Shown piece after piece: positions 13,376 to 27,539 of a stretch of 64,000 bases of DNA. Source of the DNA: Eledone cirrhosa (Eukaryota). A model generated the notes under the pieces. It did not search any database. It saw nothing but the letters and a program-made list of their open reading frames with translations, and was not told where the DNA came from. The position numbers and the translations under genes were made by a program. The stretch covers positions 54,002,001 through 54,066,000 of the forward strand of contig OZ024742.1 in the NCBI GenBank assembly GCA_964016885.1. The letters run 5' to 3'. Within the stretch, counting starts at the first letter, position 1, and each line of letters opens with the position of its first letter.

Positions 13376-13555
13376 TATACATACACATACACATATGCAT
13401 ACAGGTACACATACATATATGCACGCATCAGTTTAGCCGACGTTTATTATAACGCGTGCTTTGTTCGTTTGTTTGTCAACAAATCGAACAGCCTGAATTT
13501 ATGCCATACAGTGTTAAGGCAACCACGTCACCTTTTTGTTCAACACTGACACAGG

Positions 13556-13600
13556 AACGATGTACTAGTTTCAAGCTTGTTAGCTATCATCAGCACCGTT
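13556..13600 (-). ncRNA. Minimal type I hammerhead, array A unit 2
   Basis: Identical to 13003-13047. Confidence 0.85.
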
Positions 13601-13834
13601 TACCCATCTGCCAGATAGTTGAACGTTCGAAAGTATATACTTTCCTTATGAAAATTAACGGCTGAGCAGCCTAATTTGCATATTGAGTGAGTTAAATCGG
13701 TCAGGCATACCGAGAACGATAAGTTGAAAAAAATGAAAACGAAATTTCATTTCTCACTCTTAGTATGGCACTTACTTAAATGTAAGTATGTATGTATACG
13801 TACATACATATATGTATACAGACGTACAGTAGCA

Positions 13835-13902
<68 letters not shown>

Positions 13903-14082
13903 TATACATACACATACACATATGCATACAGGTACACATACATATATGCACGCATCAGTTTAGCCGACGTTTATTATAACGCGTGCTTTGTTCGTTTGTT
14001 TGTCAACAAATCGAACAGCCTGAATTTATGCCATACAGTGTTAAGGCAACCACGTCACCTTTTTGTTCAACACTGACACAGG

Positions 14083-14127
14083 AACGATGTACTAGTTTCA
14101 AGCTTGTTAGCTATCATCAGCACCGTT
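14083..14127 (-). ncRNA. Minimal type I hammerhead, array A unit 3
   Basis: Identical to 13003-13047. Confidence 0.85.
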
Positions 14128-14361
14128 TACCCATCTGCCAGATAGTTGAACGTTCGAAAGTATATACTTTCCTTATGAAAACTAACGGCTGAGCAGCCTA
14201 ATTTGCATATTGAGTGAGTTAAATCGGTCAGGCATACCGAGAACGATAAGTTGAAAAAAATGAAAACGAAATTTCATTTCTCACTCTTAGTATGGCACTT
14301 ACTTAAATGTAAGTATGTATGTATACGTACATACATATATGTATACAGACGTACAGTAGCA

Positions 14362-14447
<86 letters not shown>

Positions 14448-14627
14448 TATACATACACATACACATATGCATACAGGTACACATACATATATGCACGCAT
14501 CAGTTTAGCCGACGTTTATTATAACGCGTGCTTTGTTCGTTTGTTTGTCAACAAATCGAACAGCCTGAATTTATGTCATACAGTGTTAAGGCAACCACGT
14601 CACCTTTTTGTTCAACACTGACACAGG

Positions 14628-14672
14628 AACGATGTACTAGTTTCAAGCTTGTTAGCTATCATCAGCACCGTT
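14628..14672 (-). ncRNA. Minimal type I hammerhead, array A unit 4
   Basis: Identical to 13003-13047. Confidence 0.85.
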
Positions 14673-14818
14673 TACCCATCTGCCAGATAGTTGAACGTTC
14701 GAAAGTATATACTTTCCTTATGAAAATTAACGGCTGAGCAGCCTAATTTGCATATTGAGTGAGTTAAATCGGTCAGGCATACCGAGAACGATAAGTTGAG
14801 AAAAATGAAAACAAAATT

Positions 14819-14884
<66 letters not shown>

Positions 14885-15837
14885 CTGACACGGAGAAAAG
14901 AAATCTTTGAAATAAATGTATGTTTGAAATATGCATTTTCGTCTGCTATTCGAACACCAGATAAAATGAGAGAGGGAGAGAGTATTATGAGGTAGTCATA
15001 ACAACAGGGGTAGCAGCAAAACGCGTATCAAAACAATATATAAATATATATATCTGTCACAGTCACTCCTCTCTTTATATACTCACACATACAATCTCTC
15101 ATTCTCGCTCTAGCAATTTTATAAAATCAAAGAACAACAACATACACACAAGCACACACATACACATCAGCGTGTTGAAAAACATCCAAATTGCTTCATC
15201 TTTCTCTTTCTCCCTCTTTCTATAGTATAGATATACCGGAAGTATTGAAATTTGAATCTATTTAAAAGTAAATCTTGAATAATATTTTTAATATATGGTT
15301 AATCAGGTGTTACGAATTTTAGTAGATAAATTATGTAATATTCATTCATTATTTATTCAAAGTAATGCAACTTATTTTACAAACGGGATAAACAATTATA
15401 TTCTGGATGCAGTCCCGTGCTACTTGCGTTATTATAGTTTAGATATATAGGTATATATATATATATAGGTATATATATACATATATATGATAGATATATA
15501 GGTATATAGATACGATAAAAATGTTAACTAATCAGCATAGCATATGCAAAACCCTAATGAGTGAATGGTCTTGTAATTAATGTTAAGCACTCGGCGTCAT
15601 GTGATTTCTTCCAAACTAAAGTAAGAGAAGGGAACGGACTGATATGACGTTTTCACTACTGAGATGCGTTCCTTTGTCGTTAGCTTGCATCACGTTGGAA
15701 AGATACTTTTATTGCGTAATATGCAGTCTGATTACGGGATTCGAAGCATCACGGAGTGATAAACTGCATTGAAATATGTATTACAGCTTTTGAACATCTA
15801 CATAGGATCTTCACAATACCCTTATATATATATATAA

Positions 15838-18460
15838 AGGATAACAAAATATCGTTATAGGCAATCCAATTAGAGGTTGTGAATACTTCTTATAACAACT
15901 AATAATCAAGCTCTGGGGTAACACAAATTAAGCAATAGATTGGTTTAATAAATTAGTCAATAGAGAATCTTCCGACTTTTGACATAAATGACATAAATGA
16001 CTACTACTCTTCTATTTCCCCAGTTACCCTAAATAAGGCACTATTCTTTGCACCAAAAAATTCTGACCTTTCACCAGATGAAATTAAAATAATACTAGCT
16101 GCTAGAAGAACAATAATTAAATTCGACAATACTTACTGGGAGCGAAAAAATAGACAGAATAACTTCGATATAACTATGGGATCAAATGATTCAGGCCAAA
16201 TTATAGACATTGTTGGAATTTATATAGCACATTTCTTACATAGGGAATTTGATAACCTACAAGGAGGAATCTATAGAGATGATACATTACTTTTAGCTAA
16301 AAACTTAAATAATCTAAACTTAGAAAGATTAAGGAAAAAGATTAGAAAATTTTAATAATTTAGGCCTTTACATCACTTTTAAACCCAACTCTAAAAAAGC
16401 TAACTTCTCAGATGTATCGCTCAACCTTAACCCAGGACTAATAGAACCCTTCCATAAAAATAATGAAAATTTAGCTTACATTGATTATAACTCTAATCAC
16501 CCTCGATCCAAAATTAACTCCATAGCACATAGTATATCCATTAGAATTTCGCGCCTATCTTCTAACAGAAATTTTTAATGAACACGCTAACTACTACAAC
16601 ATAGCTTTACTTAAGGCAGGCCATAATGAGATACTCAAATACTTACCAAATACAAAAAATAACAACACACTTAATATTAATAGCACCATCCACACCTATA
16701 GAAACAACAAACCTAGGACTATACATAAAAATTGGCAACAAACATGTAAATTAAAGGAACAGAATACTAATATAAAGACCACTAATAACTATAGAAGATG
16801 CAGAAATAGAAACTACTCATGGTTCAATACAGTGTTTAACTCCTCTATAAAAACTAAGGTACCTTACACTTTCTTCAAATTAGTTGACAACTATTTCCCT
16901 AAAATTCATAAATATCATAAAATTTTTAATAGAAAAACTATCAAACTATCATACTCCACTGCCAACAACATAGAATCGCACATACATAAAATTAACTATA
17001 AAATAATCTATAATACAAGTGACCCTCAAATAAGTACCATAACACATAATACAAAACATAAGCATATAACATCATCACAACCAAACACACGCCAGAGTAC
17101 ATCACCACAATACATCAACAAACCCAATTCTCAGCCCATGCATAGCAACCTACAAAACCACATAGAAGAACCGGCGCATAGAAAAGCATCTAAATGTAAC
17201 TGCCATCTACCTAACAAATGCCCTTTACAAAATAGAGACAAATATAGTATACCTATGTACTATAAATTCAGGTAGCTTAGCATGGCATTACATAGGTTCC
17301 ACAGCTGGGGAGTTTAAGAAAAGGTGTTACGTACATAGACACTCTATGACTGACAGGAATCTCTCAAAGACAACGACTCTCGCCAATAAAATCTGGCAAC
17401 TCAAAGATGCAAACATGGAATATAAAATCAGCTGGACAAAGCTATCAAATTGGTAAATCCCACTGTAGTCTCTGTAATATGGAACTTTTCCAAATTTTAA
17501 ATTTCAATAAAATTCTTCTTAACAGTAAAATTGAAAACATAATTTTTGTCGACATAAATCGGCGATTAAATTTGAGAACTTTAGACCAGCTTAATTCCAT
17601 CTTATCTATTCTATAACCCAGATTGTACCACTTGGATCTATTATAATATCACATTATCAGCATCATCATCATTATAATTATAATTATAATTATAATTGTC
17701 ATCATCTATCAAAGAACAACATCAGAACCTCTTATATTTACATTCTTATTTTATATATCTCTATTTTTCACGCTTTATCTTTATGTTCCTCTCCCTAAAT
17801 TTATTTCATCTCTGTCATTTTATTTTATCATATAATATAACTTAAAACTTAATTTATTAATTTATTAAAATAACCAATACACACATAAATATATTTAACA
17901 TTATCATATTTCCACCATTTTTTCATATATTTTTTATATATCTATTTTTTTTTATTTACATTTATTCATGTATTAGCGTTTATTCATTTATTTGTCCCTC
18001 TATTCTTCTTTCTATCATACGTTATTTTTACTTATGTTTGTCTCTCCTCTATCTACCATCATCTTCTATATATCTTCCTCTCTTTATATTTCTATCTATA
18101 ATAATTTCTCCTTTTCTTCTTTATTTTTCCTTCTTTCTTTCTTTTCCCTTCTTCTTCTTTCTCCTTCCTTTCCTTTCTTTCTTTACTGTATCTATCTCCC
18201 TTTCTTCCTCTTTTTCTCTCTATATCTTTATTATTAATATTATTATTTGTGATGTAATTTGAATTTGTAAATTTGCCGGTTACATATATATTTTCTTAAC
18301 AGTTTCTGAAGATCTAATAGAGTTAACATCGTATTTAAAATTGAGTGGCACTGCTTTTAGTGTTCAGCAATTTTTAGACAACTCTATCAGTGAAATAATT
18401 GTTAGACTGCAAATAAATCCCCTTTTTTGTACTGTTGAGCATGTTATTCTCCACTTTTTC

Positions 18461-18465
<5 letters not shown>
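15838..18465 (+). mobile_element. Decayed Naiad-type PLE (RT + GIY-YIG pseudogene ~15840-17590, 3' UTR, HHR), flanked by (TA)n
   Basis: FDITMGSNDSGQIIDIVGIY, GGIYRDD, SNHP, IFNRKTIKLSYSTANNI, KCNCHLPNKCPL, YIGST, CSLC; many frameshifts. Confidence 0.88.
18300..18409 (+). ncRNA. Type I hammerhead with ~79-nt stem II
   Basis: CAGTTT-CTGAAGA-TCTAATAGAGTT...AACTCTATCAGT-GAAA-TAATTG-TT-AGACTG. Confidence 0.75.
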
Positions 18466-18550
<85 letters not shown>

Positions 18551-18621
18551 GTATATATATTATAAGGTAAAATGACAGGAGACCAAACATGTTGAATTTC
18601 CTTAATTATTTATTTCTGCAA

Positions 18622-18680
18622 ACTCTATGCACATTTCAATGGCCAGGTTGTTTAAGAAACCGGTGACATCTTCAGGCATT
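18622..18680 (-). ncRNA. Decayed hammerhead at the end of the 18675-18875 repeat
   Basis: CTGAAGA..GAAA-TGTGCA-TA core present; stem I poor. Confidence 0.45.
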
Positions 18681-18900
18681 ATAACAACATGGTGCTTCGT
18701 TCGTCTCTGGGGCAAAAAGATAAACACATTTTATTCTTCTCTGGTTTTTGCTTTGCTTGCTTCCTTAAAGCCTCTTGGAATAGGTGTATCATCATTCCGT
18801 TGGTATACATCTATTACAAAATTTGGCTTCGTTCCTGCATCACCAACATGATTCAACTTCAAAGATGGATGATTGCTATATATATATATATATATATATA

Positions 18901-20510
18901 TATCATCATCATCATCATCACTTTACGTCCGATTTTCCCTGCTTGCAAGGGTGGGGCGGGTCCTATTCAACACAGCATCTCTCCACTTTTCACGGACCTT
19001 CGTCATCTCCTCTGTGAGCTTCAGCGATCTGAGGTCTCCTCTCACCACCTCCGCCCATGTTTTTCGTGGTCTTCCTTCTACTGGGATATCTTGGCACTTC
19101 TTTACCCAGCGGTCATCCTCCATGCGAATCACATGTCCATACCAGCGTAGTCTTCTCTCCCGCACACTACAACTTATTCCTCTTATACACAGTTTCTCTC
19201 TCAACTCATCTATGCTTGGTCTTTCACACACATTGACATTGCACATCCAACGGACCATGCTTTCTTCACTTCTCTCCAGCCATCGGATATCCTCTGCAGA
19301 TGCTGCTCATATCTCACTGCCATGCAGCATCGCGCATCTCACAATATAACCGACCTTTCGTACGCAGGGAGAAACACCTCTTTGTCAACAGAGGAAGCAG
19401 CTTCCTAAACTTCTTCCAACCCGTCTTTATTCTAGATACTATGGCCTCGGAATACCCTCCACCCATGCTAATCTGATCACCTAGGTACCAGAAGCTATCA
19501 ACCACTTCCATAGAAAAAATGTGTTTACCACTGCGACTTCTACTGTTAAATTTCCCTGTACATCTACTGCATACGTAGTTTTCCCTACCTGTTAGTTTGC
19601 CTGCTATCCCACTACATGTCTTGTGTACCCAAGATCTGCATTGTGTACATTTTATAGAACTGATGCCCGTTCCTTTTCTACATATCGAACATGACCATTT
19701 CTACTTATCAACACTTTTGTCTGAGCTATGTTCACTCTCAGTCCTCTTGATTCCAACTGCTGTTTCCATAGCCATAATTTATTCTCTAGCTCCTCTACTG
19801 ATTCTGCTATAAGGACCAGATCGTTAGCATAGAGAAGTTCCCATGAGCATCCTCTGTTATGGCTTGGAGGACTATAATGAACAAGAGCGGGCTGAACCCT
19901 GATGTACTCCTACTTGTATCTGGAATTCCTCACTAAACTCCATTCCTACTCTCACTTTACTGACCGCACCTCTGTACATAGCTTGCACTGTTCTCACAAG
20001 CCATTCCTCTACAACTAGTTTCCTTAGGGACCACCAGATGACAGATCGGGGTACCCTATCAAAGGCATTCTCTAGGTCAACAAAAGCTAAGTATAGAGGC
20101 TTATTCTTCTCTAGGAACCTCTCTTGTAGTTATCTCACTAAAAAGAGTGCATCTGTTGTACTTTTCCCAGGCACAAAACCAAACTGCATCTCATCTAATT
20201 TGACCCTTTCTCTAATTAGTTGCGCTAATATTTTCTCTGCCACTTTCATAACTTGATCCATCAACTTTATGCCCCTATAATTGCTCCTCTCCAGAGCATC
20301 CCCATTACCTTTGTAGCAATTTATGAGAATACTGCTGCACCAGTCTTTCGGTATGACACCTCCATATATAGCTTGATTGATGATGCGTACAACCAGTTTA
20401 GTGCCTACTTCTCCTCATGTCTTCACCATCTCAGTAACTATCCCCGACGGTCCAGTGGTCTTACCATTTTTCATCTCCTTAATTGCCTCTTGGACCCTAT
20501 ATTTGTCAAT
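18901..20510 (-). mobile_element. RTE-clade LINE, 5'-truncated and decayed RT, with (TGA)n tail
   Basis: EVVDSFWYLGDQI..SRIKTGWKKFRKLLPLLT; MVRWMCNV..RRLRWYGHV; upstream FVDLENAFDRVP and QFGFVPG motifs; (TCA)n at 18901-18920. Confidence 0.88.
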
Positions 20511-20535
20511 CTCTCTATATATATTTCTCTCTCTC

Positions 20536-21945
<1,410 letters not shown>

Positions 21946-23449
21946 TGTTATATATATATATATATATATAATATATATTTTAGACGCAAACACACACCCG
22001 CATCCACCCTCCCCCACATATATATATGTGTGTATGTATGTAGTGTAATTATTACATACGTAGGTATGTATGTGTATACCAAACGTTGACAGGTCGATAT
22101 ATGCGTTACATAATATGTGAATATATCGCAGTTGTTTTATTTCATATATATTTTCTATGTTGAAAATAAAACATTCATTAGTTACTTTTTCTTTCATAGA
22201 TATAATATTTTATGGAAATATACGAATAAGATATTCAATAGCCTTTTTATCTTTTCTTTCTAAAGAAGTGAACGCATGAATAATATTTCTATTTTATTTT
22301 ACTGCAGTTTCTGAATCAATTAGATGTTTTTCAACGTATTTTAACTAGCAATAATCGATGAATGTGTACCTAACATCTTTATGGTTTGAAATATTTTTCT
22401 GAGTATTTTGACATTCTTCATTAAAACAACTACTGCGGAAGTGGTGAGTAAGTTTGCAAAGATCGCAAAATATAGAAAATATTTTCTTGTTATATTTCAA
22501 TTCAATATAAATTTGATTATGTTATATTGAAATACTAAGAAAAACGATTTTTATAAAACCTGTTTTATACGCCATCTATTTCTTAGAAACGTGTTAAAGG
22601 GTCGAATTGAGAAGACAATATCGCCCATGCACAAGTGAATTTAACATGTTATATTGTTTACTTCTTAAGACATGATACTTGCTAACGTATTGAAGTCCAT
22701 ATCGTTATATTTACACGTACACATATCAGAAAATAGACACATAGTGGGAGAGTGAGAGAAGCACACACAAGAAAAAGGGGAACACACAGGCATAAGCATG
22801 ATCTCACCTCTGTCGTATGACAGAAGCCTGAGCTGGCGATCACAACAAAGCGGACTGAAAGATTGTCCCGTAATCTTAAGCTTTACCAGTATTTGTAAAA
22901 TAAACAAATAATTTTAATGAGTGTTAAACGAATTGTACATTAGCTTAAAAGTAACTGATCAAAAGTTGATTGCTTTACTATGAAAAATTGTCGAACAGGT
23001 TGGGCATGTAAGTGTGATGAAAAATAAATCCTATAGAACAACCGACATTGTGGAGCAAGTGGTTGGACCAAGATGGTACTTGTAAACTCTTACCAAATAC
23101 AGACATTGCACCAACAGAAATGAAAGGCGAATATCTTGTGGCTTGCAGCCTGATTAATCCACTACAGTTTACTGAATCCTCGCAAACAATCACAACAGGA
23201 AATCGATGAACTGCGTAAAGAGTTATTCTTTCTATCTTCAGCATTGATCAATTGAAAAGGGCCAATTGTTAGACCTCGACTACACATTACACAACTGAAC
23301 AACTGAAACTGCAGAAGCTGGAACAGAACAATTTATGCCAAGAAACTCTGTCTTATCCAACATACTTACCGTTTCTAACTCCATTTTGAAATTAATGCTT
23401 GAAAACATGTACATTATGTTTTTAAAAAATCTGATATATAAGCAATAAT

Positions 23450-23770
23450 CTTTTGAAAACCGCTGGTGATATGCATGTAAGAAAATATTCTCTTTATCTG
23501 ATATTTTGTAACTAACCTTACATAGATCAATAACGGAATATAGCTACAATGTATTATCATCACCTAGAAACGATCGTAAAGCACTGAAGTATATCTCTAA
23601 TGACTTGATTTTTTATTTCATTGTTTTAACTTATATCATGATTCTGTTTTCCTGTTAATGTTTTATTGTTTTCCGGGATTTATCTTAACCTACAACATTT
23701 TCAACATATGGATTACATCGAGTTCTTCATACAGAATAGACGCCACAACGTACTGTGGATACCTCTGTGT
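23450..23770 (+). mobile_element. Old PLE pLTR fragment (family of 47166-47510) with a decayed long-stem-II HHR at 23450-23581
   Basis: Shares CCTAGAAACGATCGTAAA and GGATTACATCGAGTTCTTCATAC with 35204-35530 and 47166-47510. Confidence 0.65.
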
Positions 23771-23822
23771 ATATGTATATATATATATATATATATACAC
23801 ATAAATAATTACACAATCAAAA

Positions 23823-23931
<109 letters not shown>

Positions 23932-24437
23932 CTCACCACACACACACATGTATTTGTCATCTTGATACAGTCATTATCCTTCCTATTATAATATATAGCT
24001 CCTTTTCCATTCACTCGCTTCTTCTTCTTGAATTTCTACTTCACACATACACATATGCGCACACCACATATATAGACACACGCACACATCGTCACACACA
24101 TGCACACAAACACACACCCCACAGCCATATGAATACGTTCACGGTATTTAATAAGGAGCTATTATCTCTAGTAGTTATTGTTATTATGGCCTATTCCAGA
24201 GAATCATGTCTGAACTGTCATTCACCAAGAAAATTGGAGGCAATCAGGATATCGATTCTATATCTCTCTTCAGCTCGAATATTTGTTGGCCACCATGGAT
24301 TTTTTCTGCTTCTATAATTACAAATAAGCTATAATTTCCACATGCTCCTGTGCACCAGACCCTTAAAATATAAGTGTAAACATATTTACTGCGAAATATT
24401 TTTGCCTAGGAGTGTGTGTGTATTATTATGATTACAC

Positions 24438-24623
24438 AGGGCGGTAGATTGGCAGTATCGGTAGAGGGTCGGACGCCATGCTTTCCACCATAGTTACGTC
24501 CCTTTACGATCTGAGTTCAAATCCCGCCGAGGTTGACTTTGCCTTTCATCCTTACGGGGTCGATAAAATAAAGTACCAGTAATGCACTGGGTAATTGCTG
24601 GCCTTGTGCCTAAAGTAGAAACA
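24438..24623 (+). mobile_element. Full-length tRNA-derived SINE with 16-bp target-site duplication
   Basis: TSD ATTATTATGATTACAC at 24422-24437 and 24624-24639; B-box GAGTTCAAATCC. Confidence 0.92.
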
Positions 24624-25370
24624 ATTATTATGATTACACTTCTGGGTGTAGTATTTTTTTTAGTAATAGGAAAATTTAGAAAATGCACAACGAGCTTCAT
24701 CAGTTTCCGTCTACCAACTTTCACTCACAATGTGTTGGTCAACCCAAGTTTATATTAGAAAGCACTTGCTCACGAAGCGGCGCTGAACCACAAAGCTAGG
24801 CTTTTGCAATGTAATTTGTCTCATCTATAACATGTTATTAAATTTACATCTTAAACCTATACAGGTATATTTGTATTCCTAATAGACAGTATCTCATTAC
24901 ATGTTTCTGTGGGGCTTCTCTTATGTATAGCACCGAGATATGAAGTGTCTTACTCAAGTACAAAATATACCTTCCGGTTTAGGAATCAAACTCACAAAGT
25001 TATGAATCAGCGACCAACAACCTAATCGCAAAGCCACTTGCCATCACGTATGAAATGATAAACGATATATAAGTTATATGTTTGTAAACATTCCAGGCTC
25101 AGCATGCCAGCAAAGTTGTATATTTTATTTATTTATTCGATGAAGTCAAAAACTAGATACAAAATTGATATATCGATATCGAATTATATTTTGTTTATTT
25201 CAAGTTGCGATATCTCATGAAATCATTGGAGAATTGTCACGTAAATATTTGATATTCTGTCAAATATTGCAGAGTGAGCTTTCATAGGACAAAAGGAAGA
25301 TAATGCCATATGCCATGCATATATATATGTGTGAGGTTAAACAAAGTGATTATATATACATAGCTGCAGG

Positions 25371-25417
<47 letters not shown>

Positions 25418-25420
<3 letters not shown>

Positions 25421-26085
25421 CGAAGGAAATGTGGTAAGGAACCAGATGGACCATAACGCAGTAGGGTAGTCGAGTGGGTAATAGGAACGAGTAGGACCCC
25501 GACGGCTGAGCTCAAGCCGTTTCGACGGCTAATTCTGGACTAAATGAAAATAATGTAATGTGATCTACCAGTGCAACGTGAGGACGGACACCTCAAACAA
25601 AGCTTATATAGGATTAACCACTTCAAGGCCCGGCTATACCAACACAGACATACTTTCCGAAACCCGGCCCGGCGTCACGTCACTACACTTTCGGGCCACA
25701 TCTTTTTATATTTATAATATTTTAAATATTTTTCTATATATTTACTCCATATAGATTTACTTATTGTTTCTTTCAACCTCCTATCCTTAGAATCGGCTGT
25801 AGTTGTCACTTTCAACGCTCGACTGGGTTTCCTCCACTCCCTCTCCCTCATTCTTCTACTGGCAAGTTCAGCTACCCCTACCTTCCACAAAATGCCATGA
25901 TAGAATAATGTGTCTCAACAACAAACCTTTGACCAATCCTTGTGACAATCACTTTTACCATATATGGAATTACCCCCTGAGAAGTTCGGCAATCCATTTA
26001 CCAGGATAAAAATTTTCATTTCGTCCAGAATTAGCCGTCGAAACGGCTTGAGCTCAGCCGTCGGGGTCCTACTCGTTCCTATATA
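25418..26085 (+). mobile_element. Short PLE insertion: inverted pLTR (25418-25553, -) + GIY-YIG remnant + HHR (25972-26067), between (TA)n tracts
   Basis: VIYQCNVRTDTSNKAYIGLT. 25481-25550 is the reverse complement of ~26012-26082. HHR: ACCCC-CTGAGAA..AGCCGTC-GAAA-CGGCT..AGCCG-TC-GGGGT (G8 mutated). Confidence 0.8.
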
Positions 26086-26121
26086 TATATAATAAAATGT
26101 GGAGATGGAGCACACGAGTTA

Positions 26122-26181
<60 letters not shown>

Positions 26182-26899
26182 ATAGGGAGAAAGGGACGAT
26201 TATTAGGAAGAAAAATATATTTTTTTCCCTTTTATTTTTTTCTATTTTTTCTGGGTTAGAAAATGTTTAAAACAAAATATTTTACTTTGTGTGAAGTATT
26301 AAGGTATTAATTAATTTATTTATTAATTAACAATGGCATTTATTTATTTGTTTATATATTTAAAAATTGTCTATTACCGGTTTCAGCATTTGTATGCATT
26401 ATCAAATGATAATAATATGTATTGGTGTAAAATGGTGATGTTAAACATGTTAAGGAAATGGTGAAGAAAGAATAATGTTATTTACAAACAACGTTTTTAA
26501 AGTGGAAAGAAAAAAGAAAAAAAAGAGAGGGGGGTAATGTGGGACATAAGGCAATAGGAAAGAAAAATAATATTATTTACAGGCATAGTTCTTGAAGGTA
26601 AGCAGTTAAAAATGTGTTAATATAGCAAGAGTGCTTAGTTGATCCCTTTTTAGAGAGTTAATATGCAAGGGGAGGTAATTCAGGGTGGTCAGTTAGGTGA
26701 AAGAGAAAAAGGGTATTTATATAAGAAAAAGGATTGGTAGGGTGTACGGGATGCAACTCTTTAGAGAGACATCGGAATTTGGATTTGGTTCATTGTTCGT
26801 TCCAGTTTTAGTTAAGTCCGAAGTTTAATGCATTAAGTAGAGGTTGGTATATAATGAATAAATATATTAGTTTAAAGCGAGAAATGACAAGAGAAGAAT

Positions 26900-26935
26900 A
26901 TTAAAGTTTCGGACACTAGTCCTTCATCAGAAGAT
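26900..26935 (-). ncRNA. Partial hammerhead core
   Basis: CTGATGA-A-GGAC-TAGT-GTCC-GAAAC; stems III and I do not close. Confidence 0.4.
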
Positions 26936-27502
26936 AGAATGTGAAATAAAGGAGGAAATAGAAAGATAAAGAGTGAGAAGAAGGCATGGAAAAAATGAGG
27001 AAGCACACGGGCGTATTCCGTCAGCCATTTTGGAGATATGCTAGTCAAAGGGGTATCTTACGCATTAGAGAGGTTAAGGAAGGGAGTAATCATTATGTAT
27101 TAGAGGTGGACACGTTTCTATGCGAGCGTGTGTGCGTATGTGTGCGTGTGAATGTGCATGTGTGTGTGCGTGTGTGCGCACTTGTTTGTGCGTATGTGCG
27201 CACTTGTGTGTGTGTAGGTATGTTCGTTTGTTTGAAGGATGGACGTTGGACCGTAACAGCCTGGTTGCTGTTAGAGTGTGGGTGTGTGGGTCTCTGAATG
27301 GGTGAGCGTGCGTACGTGAACTAACGAAGGGAGATATACCGAAATGTTTATGAATTTCTACATATGCACACACACACACACACACACGTACACAGTAGCT
27401 GTCGAGATAAATATATACGCACACATATACATTTTTTGTATGTATGCATACATCTACAAACACACACACACACACACACACGCTCACACACACAGACACA
27501 CT

Positions 27503-27539
<37 letters not shown>

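Larger units (their letters stand above)
12617..14820 (-). repeat. Tandem array of 4 near-identical ~527-553 bp units, each with an HHR (candidate non-LTR retrozyme, family A)
   Basis: Unit starts at ~12617, 13166, 13719, 14246 and a partial unit at 14791. Length varies only in an internal (AT)n. The array is flanked by (TA)n. Confidence 0.9.

Noticed and set aside
12903-14737. 69-aa ORF repeated four times (MLCSFVCQQ..)
   Set aside because: It has a GTG start, is antisense to the HHR and is repeated only because the unit is repeated. The homologous array B does not preserve the peptide while it preserves the RNA structure.
12617-14820. CRISPR-like or snRNA/5S gene array
   Set aside because: There are no unique spacers and no cas genes in this eukaryotic context. 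I recognise no U snRNA, 5S or tRNA sequence in the unit.
22980-23400. Possible host exon or LINE endonuclease relic
   Set aside because: Stops occur in all frames examined and there is no convincing motif or splice context; left unannotated.
24438-24623. tRNA genes at the GTTCAAATCC motifs
   Set aside because: These are B-boxes in SINE heads followed by the SINE core and flanked by TSDs; no cloverleaf is evident.
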